Assembly (NCBI GenBank): GCA_964016885.1
Contig: OZ024741.1
Location: 219,914,001-219,978,000 of the forward strand
From: Eledone cirrhosa
Taxonomy: Eukaryota
DNA: 64,000 bases
Reading direction: 5' to 3'
Program-made: the position numbers and the translations under genes
Notes under the pieces: generated by a model
The model's input: only the letters and a program-made list of their open reading frames with translations
What the model was told of the DNA's origin: nothing
Databases searched by the model: none
Shown here: positions 14,031 through 27,157 of the stretch, piece by piece
How positions within the stretch are numbered: the stretch's first letter is position 1
How the letters are laid out: each line of letters begins with the position of its first letter

Positions 14031-14949
14031 CTCGGCTGACCCTTCCTCCCACTTTCACTCACTCCCTCCCGGCTCCCCCTCTCACTTCCTCCCGTCTGAC
14101 CTGCTTGAATTTCTTTCCTCTCTCAATCTTCTCGCAGCTCGGACGTGTCTATTTCTCTTCGTCAATTTGATATGTCGAGCTTAAGCCCACATGATTCATT
14201 GACTTGTCTCTATTTTCCTCTCTTTACGTTACATACCACCATGTGTTTGTTTCCTTCCCTCTCTTTTCCCACTGTCCCGATAACTTAATTGAATTATCGC
14301 TCGCACTGATTTTAGGTATCTAGTCTTTAATGCGTCGAAATACCAACGATAATCAACAGACTACTGAAGTGGACATTGTAACCCTTGTCTTATTTTATTC
14401 ATATATTCATGTTCGCAACAACGCAGCACGCCATTCTTCATTCACATAATTTTTCCCTTCGCTGTGATTCGTATTTTTACTGTCACTTAACTGCTATCAC
14501 CCTTACTCTCTCCTTCACCTCTTGCCTTCCTCAACTCCCGCTGCTGGTCACTCACTCTCGACTGGCCCTTCCTCCCACTTTCACTCACTCCCTCTCTGCT
14601 TCTCCCCCCTCTCACTTCCTCCCGTCTGACCATCGTTGCCCTTTTGTTCAAAACCGACAAAGGAACGATGTACTAGTTTCAAATGTTCGGTAAATCCATA
14701 CGTATACACACATATATATATATATACTACTGTACGTCTGTATACATATGTGTATGTACGTATACATACTTATATTTAACAGCCGTACTAAGAGTGAGAA
14801 ATGAAACTTCGTTTCATTTTTTCCGTTTATCGGTTTCGGTGCGCCCGACCGATTAACTGACTCGATAATCAAATTAGGCTGCTCAGCCGTTAATATGCAT
14901 AAGGAAAGTATGTACTTTCAGACGTTCAATCATCTGGCAGGAAGGTATA

Positions 14950-14990
14950 CGTTGCTGACGATAGCTAATAAGCTTGAAACTAGTGGATCG
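14950..14990 (+). ncRNA. Degenerate minimal hammerhead ribozyme (PLE type)
   Basis: cgttg-CTGACGA-t agct aata agct t-GAAAC-TA-GTG. The inverted half copy near 14666-14682 keeps GAAAC-TA-GTA-catcg. Confidence 0.6.
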
Positions 14991-15252
14991 TTCCTTTGTC
15001 AGTGTTGAACAAAAGGGCAACGATGGTTGCTAAACACTGTACGGCTTAATTCGGGATGTTTGTTTACAAACACACCGAGCATTATAATAAATGTTCGGTA
15101 AATTCATACGTACATATATATATCTGTGCATGTATGTATATAAATACATACTACTGTACGTCTGTATACATATGTGTATGTACGTATACATACTTATATT
15201 TAAGTAACAGCCGTACTAAGAGTGAGAAATGAAACTTCGTTTCATTTTTTCC

Positions 15253-15287
<35 letters not shown>

Positions 15288-15381
15288 TGAAGTAATTCCG
15301 TCGGAAAAGTCCACGAAAAAAGAGTGCTCTATGTATGTAACAGAGCTTAATAGTTATGTAATAAACAAGATAAGGCAATTA

Positions 15382-15442
15382 TTCCATTTACCAGTGGTTT
15401 CTTAAAAAGCAAAAAATTTTGCTTTCAATCATCAGAATGAAA
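15382..15442 (-). ncRNA. Type-I hammerhead ribozyme
   Basis: tttcatt-CTGATGA-long stem II ttgaaagcaaa/tttgctttttaa-GAAA-cc act gg-TA-aatggaa. Confidence 0.8.
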
Positions 15443-15582
15443 AAATCCTGGTCTGTTTATTGATATTGGATTTTATAAACAAAAATGCAATCTATATGAA
15501 AGTGAGGCTGGAGAAGGAAGAAGGAAAGGAAAAATAAAATAAAAACACACATGCAAACACACACACACACATATGTATACAT

Positions 15583-15616
<34 letters not shown>

Positions 15617-15797
15617 ACACTCATACATACACACACACATATACACATATATGTGTATATATATACACACATACACATACATATACACATACATACACAC
15701 ATAAATATGTGTGTATGTATGTATGTGTATATGTATGTGTATGTGTGTATATATATACACATATATATGTGTATATGTGTGTGTGTATGAGTGTATG

Positions 15798-15828
<31 letters not shown>

Positions 15829-15968
15829 ATGTATACATATGTGTGTGTGTGTGTTTGCATGTGTGTTTTTATTTTATTTTTCCTTTCCTTCTTCCTTCTC
15901 CAGCCTCACTTTCATATAGATTGCATTTTTGTTTTTAGAATCCAATATCAATAAACAGACCAGGATTT

Positions 15969-16027
15969 TTTCATTCTGATGATTGAAAGCAAATATTTTT
16001 GCTTTTAAGAAACCACTGGTAAATGGA
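15969..16027 (+). ncRNA. Type-I hammerhead ribozyme
   Basis: tttcatt-CTGATGA-ttgaaagcaaa tatt tttgcttttaa-GAAA-cc act gg-TA-aatggaa; GUA cleavage triplet. Confidence 0.82.
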
Positions 16028-16069
16028 ATAATTGCCTTATCTTGTTTATTACATAACTATGTATATATA

Positions 16070-16141
<72 letters not shown>

Positions 16142-16419
16142 TATATATATGTGTATATATATGGGGGTTGATAGTGAGTATGTATATATTTGTGTTGGTT
16201 ATGCATGTTCGTTTATCTCTCTCGCTCTCTCTCTCTCTATCTCTCTCTCTTCCATTTTTCTCTCTCTCCTCTCCAATCCCCCTCTCTCAGTCTCTTTCTC
16301 CTCCAATCCCAGGAGTTCTCCCCCAATCTCTCTCTCTTTCTCTCTCTTCCTCTCTCTCGGCAAATGTCATGACGGTACCCGTATAATTTCATTGTAACTT
16401 CATTAAAGTCTAAAGGTTC

Positions 16420-16668
16420 GTTAGAGCGGTGCTTATCACGGTTTCATAGTGTGAAGCGACTGAGAGTACAAGAGACCCCCCTATCCTGGACAGGACGCCA
16501 GTCCATCGCAGGGTTAATCCCCACAACTATTGCTACGACTCATTTTCAGCAACATGTAATGAAGTGTTTTGCTCAAGAACACAACATGCAACCCAGCCCA
16601 GGAATCGAACCCACGACATTATGATCGTAAGTCCAACACCCTTACCACTAGACCAAACGTCTCCACAC
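16420..16668 (-). mobile_element. tRNA-derived SINE, second family with Meta-like core
   Basis: Box A TGGTCTAGTGG, box B GGTTCGATTCC, core TTCTTGAGCAAAACACTT; related copy at about 40195-40715. Confidence 0.7.
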
Positions 16669-16826
16669 GTACATACATATATACATACACGCAAATGCAC
16701 GCACGATCGCAAGCACGCACACATACATGCATGATTCATACATACATACACGCATTCATACATACATACATACATATATACATACATACATACATGCATG
16801 CATACATACATACATACATACATACA

Positions 16827-17230
16827 TGGTGGCTGCCAACTCGTTTTCGAGTACGGCCACTACTTTATATCCATGTAGGAGAACCCCTACCGATGCGCTG
16901 AACGAGTGTGACTTTTCAGTCCGGCCAGCGACTTGAAAACTTTGGTACAAACACCACACTTGTGACAATTATTTGACACATAGTGCTGGGCCCATGGTAC
17001 CATGTGACGACAAGTGCAGAGAGATCTCCAGATATAAAGCAATGCCTGTGCCGTGAAGCTTTTATAGTGAGCAAAGGCACTGCACAAAGCCATTCCCACT
17101 CTCTTAACCAAGATGAAATTTACCAAAAAGAAGAACAAGTCAACATCATTGGATACCATCAGGGTTGCAGGTGTTATATCAGAGTTTTCCTTCTCCTAGA
17201 ATTCTGCCTTGACAAAGGCTAAGGGGTCAT
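16827..17230 (-). mobile_element. RTE-clade LINE 3' end with (TATG)n tail
   Basis: Terminal C2H2 finger CGVCTKVFKSLAGLKSHTRSAH, typical of RTE/BovB C-termini; lies between two (CATA)n arrays. Confidence 0.6.
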
Positions 17231-17306
17231 GCATACATACATACATACATACATACATACATACATACATACATACATACATACATACATACATACATAC
17301 ATACAT

Positions 17307-19255
17307 AGAAAAGGGTTTGGGGATGTGCTGAACAACTCCTAATCAACAAAACTGCGATGTCGGAGGTGCGACAACTTAGGAGGAATATGACTACAGTCTG
17401 GCTGGACTACAGGAAAGCTTTCGATTCTGTTCCCCACTCTTGGATGATAAAGGCCCTCCAACTTGCTAAAGTCCCAGACATTGTTGTCAGAGCCATAGAG
17501 AGGCTGTCTTCTTCTTGGGCTACTATCCTAAGGTTAAAGACAGAGATGGAGGACTCTATTTTCACTGATAAAATAAAATATTGCAGGGGTATATTTCAGG
17601 GGGACAGTCTCTCTGTGATATTGTTCATCTTGTCATTAAACCCCTTGTCCTTTCTGCTCAAGAAATGTGAGGGATACATCATTGGCTCACAGGAGGACAG
17701 AAATACGAACCTAACCCATAACTTCTTTGTGGACGATCTGAAACTCTATGCCAAGAACATGGATGGGATGAAGAAAAATCTTGACCTGGTTACAACGTTC
17801 TCAAAGGATATAGGAATGGAGTTTGGCCAAGATAAATGCTCATACATGACTGTAAAGCGGGGAAAAACAACAACCCAATCTAGCAACATTGTCATCAATG
17901 GTCTAACTGTTTCACCGATATCTGATGAGGACTGCTACAGATACCTGGGGATAGATGAGAACATATTCTATAATGGTATCTGTAATAAAGAACGCGTAAC
18001 CAGGGAATACTACACCCGATTAAGAAAGATCTGGTCATCGAAACTCTCTGCGCAAAACAAAACAGTGGCTCACAATGTGTTTGCTGTGCCTGTCCTAACA
18101 CCAACGTTTGGAATACTCAATTGGACGATAGACGAAATCCGAGCAGTTGATGTTGGAACTCCAAAAATACTGAACAACACCGGAAACTTCCACATCAACA
18201 GTGACATAGACCGCCTTCACTTGAAACGTAAGCAGGGAGGCAGAAGCGTAACATCAGTCCAGACAACATTTGAATGTCGCATCATATCTCTCCGACAACA
18301 TCTACGAACCTCGAAGCGTAGGCGCCCGCTTCTCGAGCAAGTCTATCTGCATGAAACAGATAAGATCATGAGAGTTGGGAAGGAACTCCTTGAGAGATAT
18401 TCCCTGTGTGATAATCAAAAACTCACACCAAGGGATGTCGCTCAGCAGTATCGCAGTGAATCCATGGATGAAAAACTGCATGCCTATCAGTAAAATATTA
18501 TGCATGGATATGTTGCCAGGAAGCTCCAGAGTGAGAGTAATATAGATAAGGAAAGTAGTCTATCTTGGACCAACAACTGCTATATTGGCTCCCACTTTGA
18601 AGGATACGCTTTTGCAATCCAAGAACAGGAGATTAGCACGAAATACTTGATTCACAAAAGAGATAGGGATGCAGGCAAAACACCTAGATGTGATAACAAG
18701 TGCAGACTCTGCAGAACCAACATCGAGGATATCACCCATGTCATCAGCAGCTGCCCAAAGATGTCATCGCGGTACTATCTACCTAAGAGGCATTATGTAG
18801 TGGCCAAAACACTGTACAATGCAGTTCGTTAAAAAGGTAGCCTCGATAATAAACACATTAAAAGCTACAACAATGTGGAAGACATCCATGTATATAATAT
18901 GAAAGAGTACTGGTGGAATGTTCCAGTAAAAATCCCAATAAAATGCAGGCATAACAGACCAGATATTATGATATGGGACAGGGAGAAGAAAACATGCACA
19001 GTAGTGGAAATAGCTGCCCAGCAGATGCCATTCTGTTTCTGGAAAGCCCAGTTTCTGAAGATTTGTATTGAGGCAATTACTAACATAACCCAGTGCCCCA
19101 ATAATCACAGGCATAAATCTGAAGGTGTAATCTGGGTGGAGTATCTGCAGATTTCTCATTAGTTCTGCATAAATATTCTCCTTTTCGCTAATATTTATTA
19201 TATTGGCATTTGCTGGGCAACTAACTTCCACTAGTGTGCATCCCCTTTTTCCCTG
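17307..19255 (+). mobile_element. R4-clade RLE LINE, 5'-truncated, with an inverted 3' segment (about 19031-19255)
   Basis: RT motifs WLDYRKAFDS, GIFQGDSLS, FVDD; CRLC..EDITHVISSC; NRPDIMIWD. The continuation VEVSCP..PVIIGALG is on the minus strand. Confidence 0.88.
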
Positions 19256-19262
19256 ATATATA

Positions 19263-20566
19263 CAGGATGCGGACGTAATTTGTTCGCAAGATTACTGTCT
19301 AGGAAAGGATTACACAGTAGTTTTATTTTTTAAGATATATTTATCAAACTAGGGTCAGTTTGTCTTCATGACTTGTTCTTTCGATCTCACTCGATAAACC
19401 TGCCATTGGCTTTGATGACGGCCTCAAGGCGGCCTCGGAACCGGCTACAGGCCTTCGTCACTGTCCCCCGACTTAGGTCCCTAATGGCACTTGTGATCTT
19501 GGCCTTCAGATCGTCTTTCGTATTGCAGCTAGATCTGTTGGTGTCTCGTTCCACTGCGCCTCACACGAAGAAGTTGAGGGGGTTGCAGTCAGGTGAGCTG
19601 GGATGTCAGATGTCAGGTGAAGTGTGGTCGACGAAGTTCTCTGATAGGCAGGCTTGGGTCTTTCGGCTGGTATGGCAGGGCGCTGAGTCTTGCTGCCACA
19701 CGTACGGCCTACCTGCTGCTACCTGGTCGATCCAGGGCTTTACTATCTCGCTCAGAACGCGGATGTAGCCATCGGTGTTCAGCTTGAGGCCCTCAGGGAA
19801 GAAGTGAGGTGGCATGACGTCACCTTCACTGCTGATGACACCTAACACCAATGTTGTCGCTGTAAACTTTGTCTGCATGACTCTGGGCACGTCTTTGGAT
19901 TAGACAGCGAGCCACCTGTTATTCTGGGAGTTGACCTTCTGGTCTTGGCAGAAGTTTTTCTCGTCGGAGAAAAACCACAGCATGTCTGGCTCCAGTGGGT
20001 GTTTCAACTTGTTTATCAGCTTCTTTGCGTGCTTCACTCGCTTTTCTTGCATCACCTTTGACAGAAATTGTCCTTCCTCATCCTGTATGAAACGTAGCGA
20101 ATGTCTTCATGTACCACCAGCCTAATGAGCTTTTCATCCACGCCTTTCCCCCTTGCAATGGCACGCATCGACTTGCTAGGTTCATTGTTGATGACATCCT
20201 GAACTTCTAGTGATGAACTCCGGCGTTCTGAGGGCGTCAAATCATCGATCATGTGTTCTCCTCGCTGATGTTGCTTCGTAGTCGAATCCTGAATGTTCTA
20301 ATTCCTTTCTGACCTTTTCCACCATTCTCCTGCTGACGCTCATAAAGTCTGAAATTTCCTTATTTGTCCTTCCGGCGCGGATTCCAAGAAGAACTCTGTG
20401 TCTCTTCCACAAATTTGGAGGTTCAAAATTATTCATAATCAATTATTCTGAAAATAAATAATGGAAATATAGTCACTGTTTTTATGAAGACAAGAGTGAC
20501 AACGGAAGTTTAAAAAATTTGCATAAAATCAGCAGTTGAAAATTGCGAACAAATATCGTCCACACC

Positions 20567-20569
<3 letters not shown>
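19263..20569 (-). mobile_element. Tc1/mariner transposon, DD37D (maT) type; full length, transposase inactivated
   Basis: TIRs CAGG(G/A)TG(T/C)GGACG..ATTTGTTCGCAA with TA TSD. Motifs WFFSDEKNF and WQQDSAPCH..SPDCNPL(N), with 37 residues between the 2nd and 3rd catalytic positions; the third D is mutated to N. Confidence 0.9.
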
Positions 20570-20647
<78 letters not shown>

Positions 20648-20771
20648 AAAAGGTTCAGAACTCCGACGGAAGAGCTCAAACCTTCCGTTTCGACGGCTAT
20701 TTCTGGACTCCCAAAGTATCGAGCACTCTGGTGCGTTATGGCCCGCCTGCTCCCTTACCACACTTCCTTCG

Positions 20772-20858
<87 letters not shown>

Positions 20859-21071
20859 GAGAGAGAGAGAGAGAGAGAATATTTACGTATCAAGAAAGAG
20901 AAAAGGAGGCATAGGTGATACATGTAGTTATTTGCCAAATAGCGTATGCAGATGGTGCTCAATACTAGTGCCGGCAGTGTTAAATATTAGAAGTGTTAAT
21001 ATCTGGTGGGCGAGAGAATTAGCAGAGCGTAAGCACGTGGGGAAGTAAAACACAGGAGAACAGACCGTTAA

Positions 21072-21143
<72 letters not shown>

Positions 21144-21163
21144 TCAGGAGAACAGACCGTTAA

Positions 21164-21213
<50 letters not shown>

Positions 21214-21292
21214 TCAGGAGAACAGACCGTTAAAACAATATATTTATATACAATATATTAACAAATTGAAACTATATTTATAAAACCATATT

Positions 21293-21358
21293 TATTTCAT
21301 TATACATATTTCAAGGGCCACCAAGGCAAACTATGGTGCGCTTTCATCAGATAAAATA
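21293..21358 (-). ncRNA. Minimal type-I hammerhead ribozyme
   Basis: tattttat-CTGATGA-aagcgcacca..tggtggccctt-GAAA-t atgt a-TA-atgaaata. Confidence 0.78.
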
Positions 21359-22666
21359 TAATATAGGTTAGTTTTATAAATAAATATTGACATTTCCCTG
21401 AAAAAATGCAACCATTCTGGTTTGAATCTCCTGGATAATGGAGTTATTAGATTTATTGTTGGTTTATTATGCAAGAGAATATCGTAATTTTGAGAGAAGA
21501 GGTGAAGAAATGAATATAGCGTGGATGAATACCGTAGCATGGATAATCAATAAATAATAAAGCGTATATAAATAATAATATCCGGATTCATTATAATGAT
21601 AAGTTGAAGAATTTTATCTAATCTTTAATTAATAAATTTGATTAAATGTTTAATTAATAATTTATCAATTCAATCCGTAGTTTAAATGTGTATGTTAGAT
21701 TATTAAAATTGAGACCTATATATTATTAAAATATATATTATTAGAAAATATGTTATTATTACAAAACCATATATAATTTTATTAATTATTAATTAATTAT
21801 TTTAAAAAAAAATTGTAAGTTTAAAATATCCGAATATTTCTAAGCCCATGGAAATTCCGAGAGTTTACAGAAGAATAATCCCTTATTTGTAATAGCAGTA
21901 GAGCGTAAAGGAAATTGCTAGTGATTTATTAATAATTTAGATAGCTCTAAGGATTAAATGCTATAAAGTTAAGATGTTAAAAAATTAAACTTTCCATCTT
22001 AATAATGTAATTAGAGTATGAATTTTGTTATTTCATAGCAAGTTATAATTTTATAAATCTACCTGTTATAGAGTTATGACTGTTAAAACATAAATTTGTT
22101 TGCTATAACGTCTCAACATTTAAAATGTTTTCATAGGAATATATCTAAAGCATAAACCATAACAAAACTCTTTCATAAGAGTATATCTATAGAATATATT
22201 TAAAGTATAAATTTTATATATATATAAACATTATGATATATATATATATAGTAATAATAATAAATTTGAAGACTAAAATCCAAAGAGGGCTCGATAAGGA
22301 TAAATATATATAGCATTTGAAAAATATATAAGTATAGAAATATAAAATATACAATATAAAATATGAATTATAATTTTTTAAAAATATAAGAATATAGAAA
22401 ATACACAGTATAAAATATGAATTATGAATTATAATTTCCTTATACCTATCATATGAATTTTTAAAAAAATCCTTCTTCAAATCTTTCAGTACTTTTATCA
22501 AGAAAAGTTTTCCAAGAAAAAAATGTTTTCAGGAAAAAAATTTTCTTTTAATTTGCATAATAAACCAACAATAAATCTAATAACTCCATTATCTAGGATA
22601 TTCCAACCAGAGTGGTTGCATTTTTTCAGGGAAATGTCTATTTATTTATAAAACTAACCTATATTA

Positions 22667-22732
22667 TATTTTATCTGATGAAAGCGCACCATAGTTTGCC
22701 TTGGTGGCCCTTGAAATATATATAATGAAATA
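22667..22732 (+). ncRNA. Minimal type-I hammerhead ribozyme
   Basis: tattttat-CTGATGA-aagcgcacca..tggtggccctt-GAAA-t atat a-TA-atgaaata; palindromic loop 3. Confidence 0.8.
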
Positions 22733-22966
22733 AATATGGTTTTATAAATATAGTTTCCATTTGTTAATATATTGTATATTTACTCCAATAATTTGTTGAG
22801 TGCTTTATATCAGTTATAAAAATATTTTAGTTGTTGTATCCCAACAAATTAAATATAACCTCTACATATATATATATATTATTATTATTATTATATATAT
22901 ATATCGATAAAATAAAATACCAGTAATGTACTGAGTAATTGCTGGCCTTGTGCCAAAAGTATAAAC

Positions 22967-23006
<40 letters not shown>

Positions 23007-23049
23007 CAAAATGTTAACAAATGAAAAGTATTCGCATAATCAAAATATA

Positions 23050-23112
23050 TACTTTATTATATATATTTCAAAGGTACTGTGTTGTTTCAGTACGTTTTCA
23101 TCAGACAAAATA
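23050..23112 (-). ncRNA. Minimal type-I hammerhead ribozyme in the 3' pLTR of a Penelope element
   Basis: tattttgt-CTGATGA-aaacgtactg aaacaaca cagtaccttt-GAAA-t atat a-TA-ataaagta. Confidence 0.8.
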
Positions 23113-25357
23113 TATGATTTGATATATGACATACCGCTACGGTCTTCATTATTAAATTCCAGTATCGGCAGTGATATATTTCATCAAATCTCAACGTTTT
23201 TATACCACAAATAATATGATAAACTTAAAGAAGAAAAGGACGTAGAGAAAATTAGAGACATAAGAAGGGGTGCAAAGAAGAGGAAAAGGCAATAAATAAA
23301 TAAATACATACATAAATAAATAAATGAATAAAAAATAAATGGATGAATGAATAAAAGAAGAAAAGAAATATATAAAAAAGTAAAGAGGAATAACGACAAA
23401 AGAGAGGGAAGTTGTGGGGAGATTAAAAGGAAACGAAGGGGGAGGGGGTAAAGAAAAAATAAAGAAAAAGAAAAAGAAGGAAACACCAAATAGGGCGAAA
23501 TAAAAAACCGTTTTTCAAATGCTAGATAAAATAAGAAATCGAATCTATTCACATAAACAATGAATATCGCTTGTATTTTATTATGTTTTAGCTAATTATA
23601 CTTTTATATTATATCTAGATTATTCAGTATAGATTACTTTCTATAGCAATCACATATTTAATTTAATTATAAATTCATATAATTTAATTTAACTCATTAT
23701 AGATTATTATAATTTTTAATTTTAAGATAAGATATTCTATAAATATTTTGTTATAACTTTAAAAGAATTAATCTTTAAAGCGTATTTAAATAATTATTAA
23801 ATATGTATTAAAATATATTACCATGCATAAATCATCATCAATACATATAATATATTTAAATCATTTATTACCCAAATTATTTAATTTAATTTAGAGATTC
23901 TCTTTATAAAAGCTTTACTATTCTTTAATTTTCATTTAATTCCTAGAATCAGACTGTAGTTATATTTACTCTCAATAGTTTTATTTCATTAATTTAATGA
24001 ATGGTTATATTTACTTCAGTATTTACTTATTTTGATATAAAGTTTCCTTTTAATGATAGTCTGTATATTATTAATCTACATATTTCATATTTAATATGTT
24101 TTAGCAAGCTAGTCAAAAAGAAATTTTTACGGACAATGTAAACACAAAAGGAAGATAACTCGTTCACCATACATAGACATTTATAACTTATTTCTACTCT
24201 CACATCCAGCGATAATTCAAAAGCCATAAATCATCAATTGTATATATCATACTTGATGTCTAATTAAATATTGAACTGTCATAATCAAAGCATAGGATAA
24301 AGAGACTCTTAGTGAAATTATTCCAATACATATAAATATCAATAAATTATTACTTCAATAAGGCAAAACTTATATATATATTTAAATTAATTGTCAATAT
24401 GTTTTCGAAACTTGTACATTGCCTGGAAAGTTTTACCAATATTATGGTGACAACTACTAAATAACTCATTTATTTTGTTGATTAAATTGTCATATTTCTG
24501 GACTCCCAAAATATCCAGTACTCTTTGTAATTATCTGTAGAATCTCAAGGTTACAAAGATTACAAATTTGCGAAATAGTTGCGTTCTGATAGGAAGTAGC
24601 ATTTTTTTATTTCCTCCAAGTGATGGAGTATTTAATATTATTGTCCTTTAAAGACCATACTAATTGCGAAAGTGAAGTTGAAAATTTCTTATCTGGTCTA
24701 TTGAAAGAATGTCTATGATTATACCAACGTTCCTTAAATTTAGATGAGGTGGCACCGATGTAGTTATATATATTATTATTTGTCTTAATGGTACATTTAT
24801 ATACTAGATTTTTGTCAAGGCAATTATTTTGTAAAGGACATTCAGACCTCTTTCTACAATTACATTTCTTCTCAATATTATTTACAGACGTTATACTATT
24901 CCCATTATTATTTAAAGGTGTTCTACTATTATTCGTGTTTAAACTATTATTATTGTTATTCCCATTAACTAATGTATTGTTATTATTAATATTATTGCTA
25001 ATTATAGGTTGGTTCAAATTAAGATTTTTATTATTTATTTTTGCTATATTTTGAGCAATATTCATAGTTGTTGAATAAGAAAGTTTAACTGTGTGTCTAT
25101 TGAAGAGAGAGTAATATTTATGTGACCTAAGGAAGCATTTATCCAAAGCTTTAAAAAATAAATGTGCTATAGGTGTTTCGATAGCTAAAGATGCTGGCGG
25201 AGCATACCAAATTATACATCTAGTTCTTATTTTTTTGCTCGATTTATTCATCTAGTTGTTGTTTTTATATTCAATTTCATTATGATTACTGTGATTATAA
25301 TTAATTTTTTTTCAGTATTTTTATCTATATACTCAATATTATTGTTATATCCAGGAG

Positions 25358-25550
25358 GGCGGTGGATTGGTAGTATCGGTAGAGGGTCGGACACCATGCT
25401 TTGCAGTATGGAGTTACAGCCCTTTATGGTCTGAGTTCAAATCCCGCCGAGGTTAACTTTGCCTTTCATCCTTACGGGGTCTATAAAATAAAGTACCAGT
25501 AATACACTGGGATAATTGCTGGCCTTGTGCCAAAAGTAGAAACAATTATT
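25358..25550 (+). mobile_element. Dominant tRNA-derived SINE, full length
   Basis: GGCGGTGGATTGGTAG head, box B, core, tail GGCCTTGTGCCAAAAGTAGAAACAATTATT. Confidence 0.85.
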
Positions 25551-25943
25551 GTTGTATCCAACTTTATGTAACGCTCCATTATAATAGACTGCCTTACTAT
25601 TAAATATGGATCTATTGGCAGAAAGCCTGGATATTCGTTGTTGTACACTGTTGACTATTGCATTCTTAACACTTTTAGGATGATTAGAATAAAAACTAAC
25701 ATAATTTAAGTTTGACTTTATGGAAAGGCCGGAGTTCAAATTTAGAGTCACATCTAAAAAATTAACTATTTTATTATTATTTTCTACTTCTAATTTCAGG
25801 TCATAATTTAATTCGCTATTGTTATGTTTTTCTACAATAAATAGTATGTCGTCCCTATATAAACCTCCGGTAATCTCCGGCAGTTTTCTATTTATCATGT
25901 TAAGGATAAAAATGGCCACAAGATCTGTAACTTGCGCCGAATC

Positions 25944-26019
<76 letters not shown>

Positions 26020-26274
26020 CATACATGCATTTGTCTTTCTTAGTTGGTTCTGTTTAGCTTTTGGTTTCTTACGGCCGAACTCTCTCAAACCTTCAACTAT
26101 ATTGCCTTTCCACGGCCAAATTACAAATCCCAGCTGGAATGTCACGGTTGGCCGGTTTCTGATGCACTTGTGAACTCTCAAGCCATGTAGTACAATTGAT
26201 TGAATCGATTCAGACTTTACTTTCTATATTGAATCTTGACCAGATTTGAACTTGGGGTTCATTGGATGATATAC

Positions 26275-26323
26275 ACGCCTTCTGATGAGGGTTTAATTAG
26301 ATCCGAAAATCGATTAAAGGTGT
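26275..26323 (+). ncRNA. Minimal type-I hammerhead ribozyme, canonical core
   Basis: acgcctt-CTGATGA-gggttt aatt agatcc-GAAA-a tcga t-TA-aaggtgt; 7-bp stem I, 6-bp stem II, palindromic AATCGATT. Confidence 0.85.
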
Positions 26324-26706
26324 TTATCATTTTTTTCAATTTACAGGGAAATTCGTATATCTGGCACGTTTACATATCTACATATTAAACGTGTTAAGTA
26401 GTTTGTGTTAGGAAGGGCATCCAACAATAAAAAGCTTGCCAATCAAAGGTTTAGGAGGATCCTTCAGTTTTCGTCAAAAGACACAACTCGGCACGCGATA
26501 ATGACCGTACGTAGTCGGTATACAGGTCTCCTCGGCCTGTCAAGGGCCCCACTTCAGTACAGACTTGGTCAATATAGACCTATCAAATCCTTGCCAGCAG
26601 GGAAAGCGGACGTTAAATGATGATGATGATGATGATGGTGATGGTGATGTTGATGTTGATGGTGGTGGTGGTGGTGGTGGTTGGTGGTGGTGATGCTGAT
26701 GGTGGC

Positions 26707-26758
<52 letters not shown>

Positions 26759-26799
26759 CACTCAAATGCCCTTCGTATCAATTATAGAATTATTTCTTA

Positions 26800-27157
26800 C
26801 TAGAATATTTTTCAACACGCTGACGCGTATGTGTATATGTGTGTGTATATATATGTGAGTGTGTGTGTGTATGTGTGTGCGTGTATATGTGAGCGTGTGT
26901 GTGTGTAGACTGTACACGCAAGTGTAGTGAATGTTAGACGCTGTTTTTTGTAGTTTGTCATCACCCCTTTCTTCCTCAATCACCTCTAGTGCGCGACGTC
27001 ATCACCCTTCCTTCCTCAATCATCTCTAGTGCGTCACGTCACCACCCCTTCCTTCCTCAGCCATCTCTAGTGTGTGACGTCATCACCCCTTCCTTCCTCA
27101 ATCATCCCTAGTGTGTGACGGAAGGACGGACGGAAGTCGCTCAAATTTATATATAGA
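26800..27157 (-). mobile_element. Non-autonomous Helitron with an internal 41-bp minisatellite (about 4 copies)
   Basis: 5' A|TCTATATATAAA; 3' hairpin acgc-gtca-gcgt followed by CTAG|T. Confidence 0.7.

Larger units (their letters stand above)
15350..16060. repeat. Near-perfect 710-bp palindrome, centre near 15705
   Basis: Arms are reverse complements with almost no spacer; mirrored ORFs on both strands. Confidence 0.95.
21246..22779. mobile_element. Fold-back with about 230-bp inverted arms (21246-21474 / 22553-22779), Penelope pLTR-derived
   Basis: Arms are reverse complements and each holds a hammerhead; AT-rich non-coding spacer. Confidence 0.8.
23000..25945 (-). mobile_element. Penelope-like element (Neptune-like), 5'-truncated, SINE-interrupted
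   Basis: RT GGLYRDD and VNFLDVTLNL; IIWYAPP; linker CNC..CPL..C; GIY-YIG LVYKC..YIG..FKERWYNH; long AT-rich 3' UTR ending in a hammerhead and (TA)n. Confidence 0.85.

Noticed and set aside
16590-16668. tRNA gene candidates (box A/B motifs)
   Set aside because: These are SINE heads that continue into core and tail sequences; no intact cloverleaf was seen.
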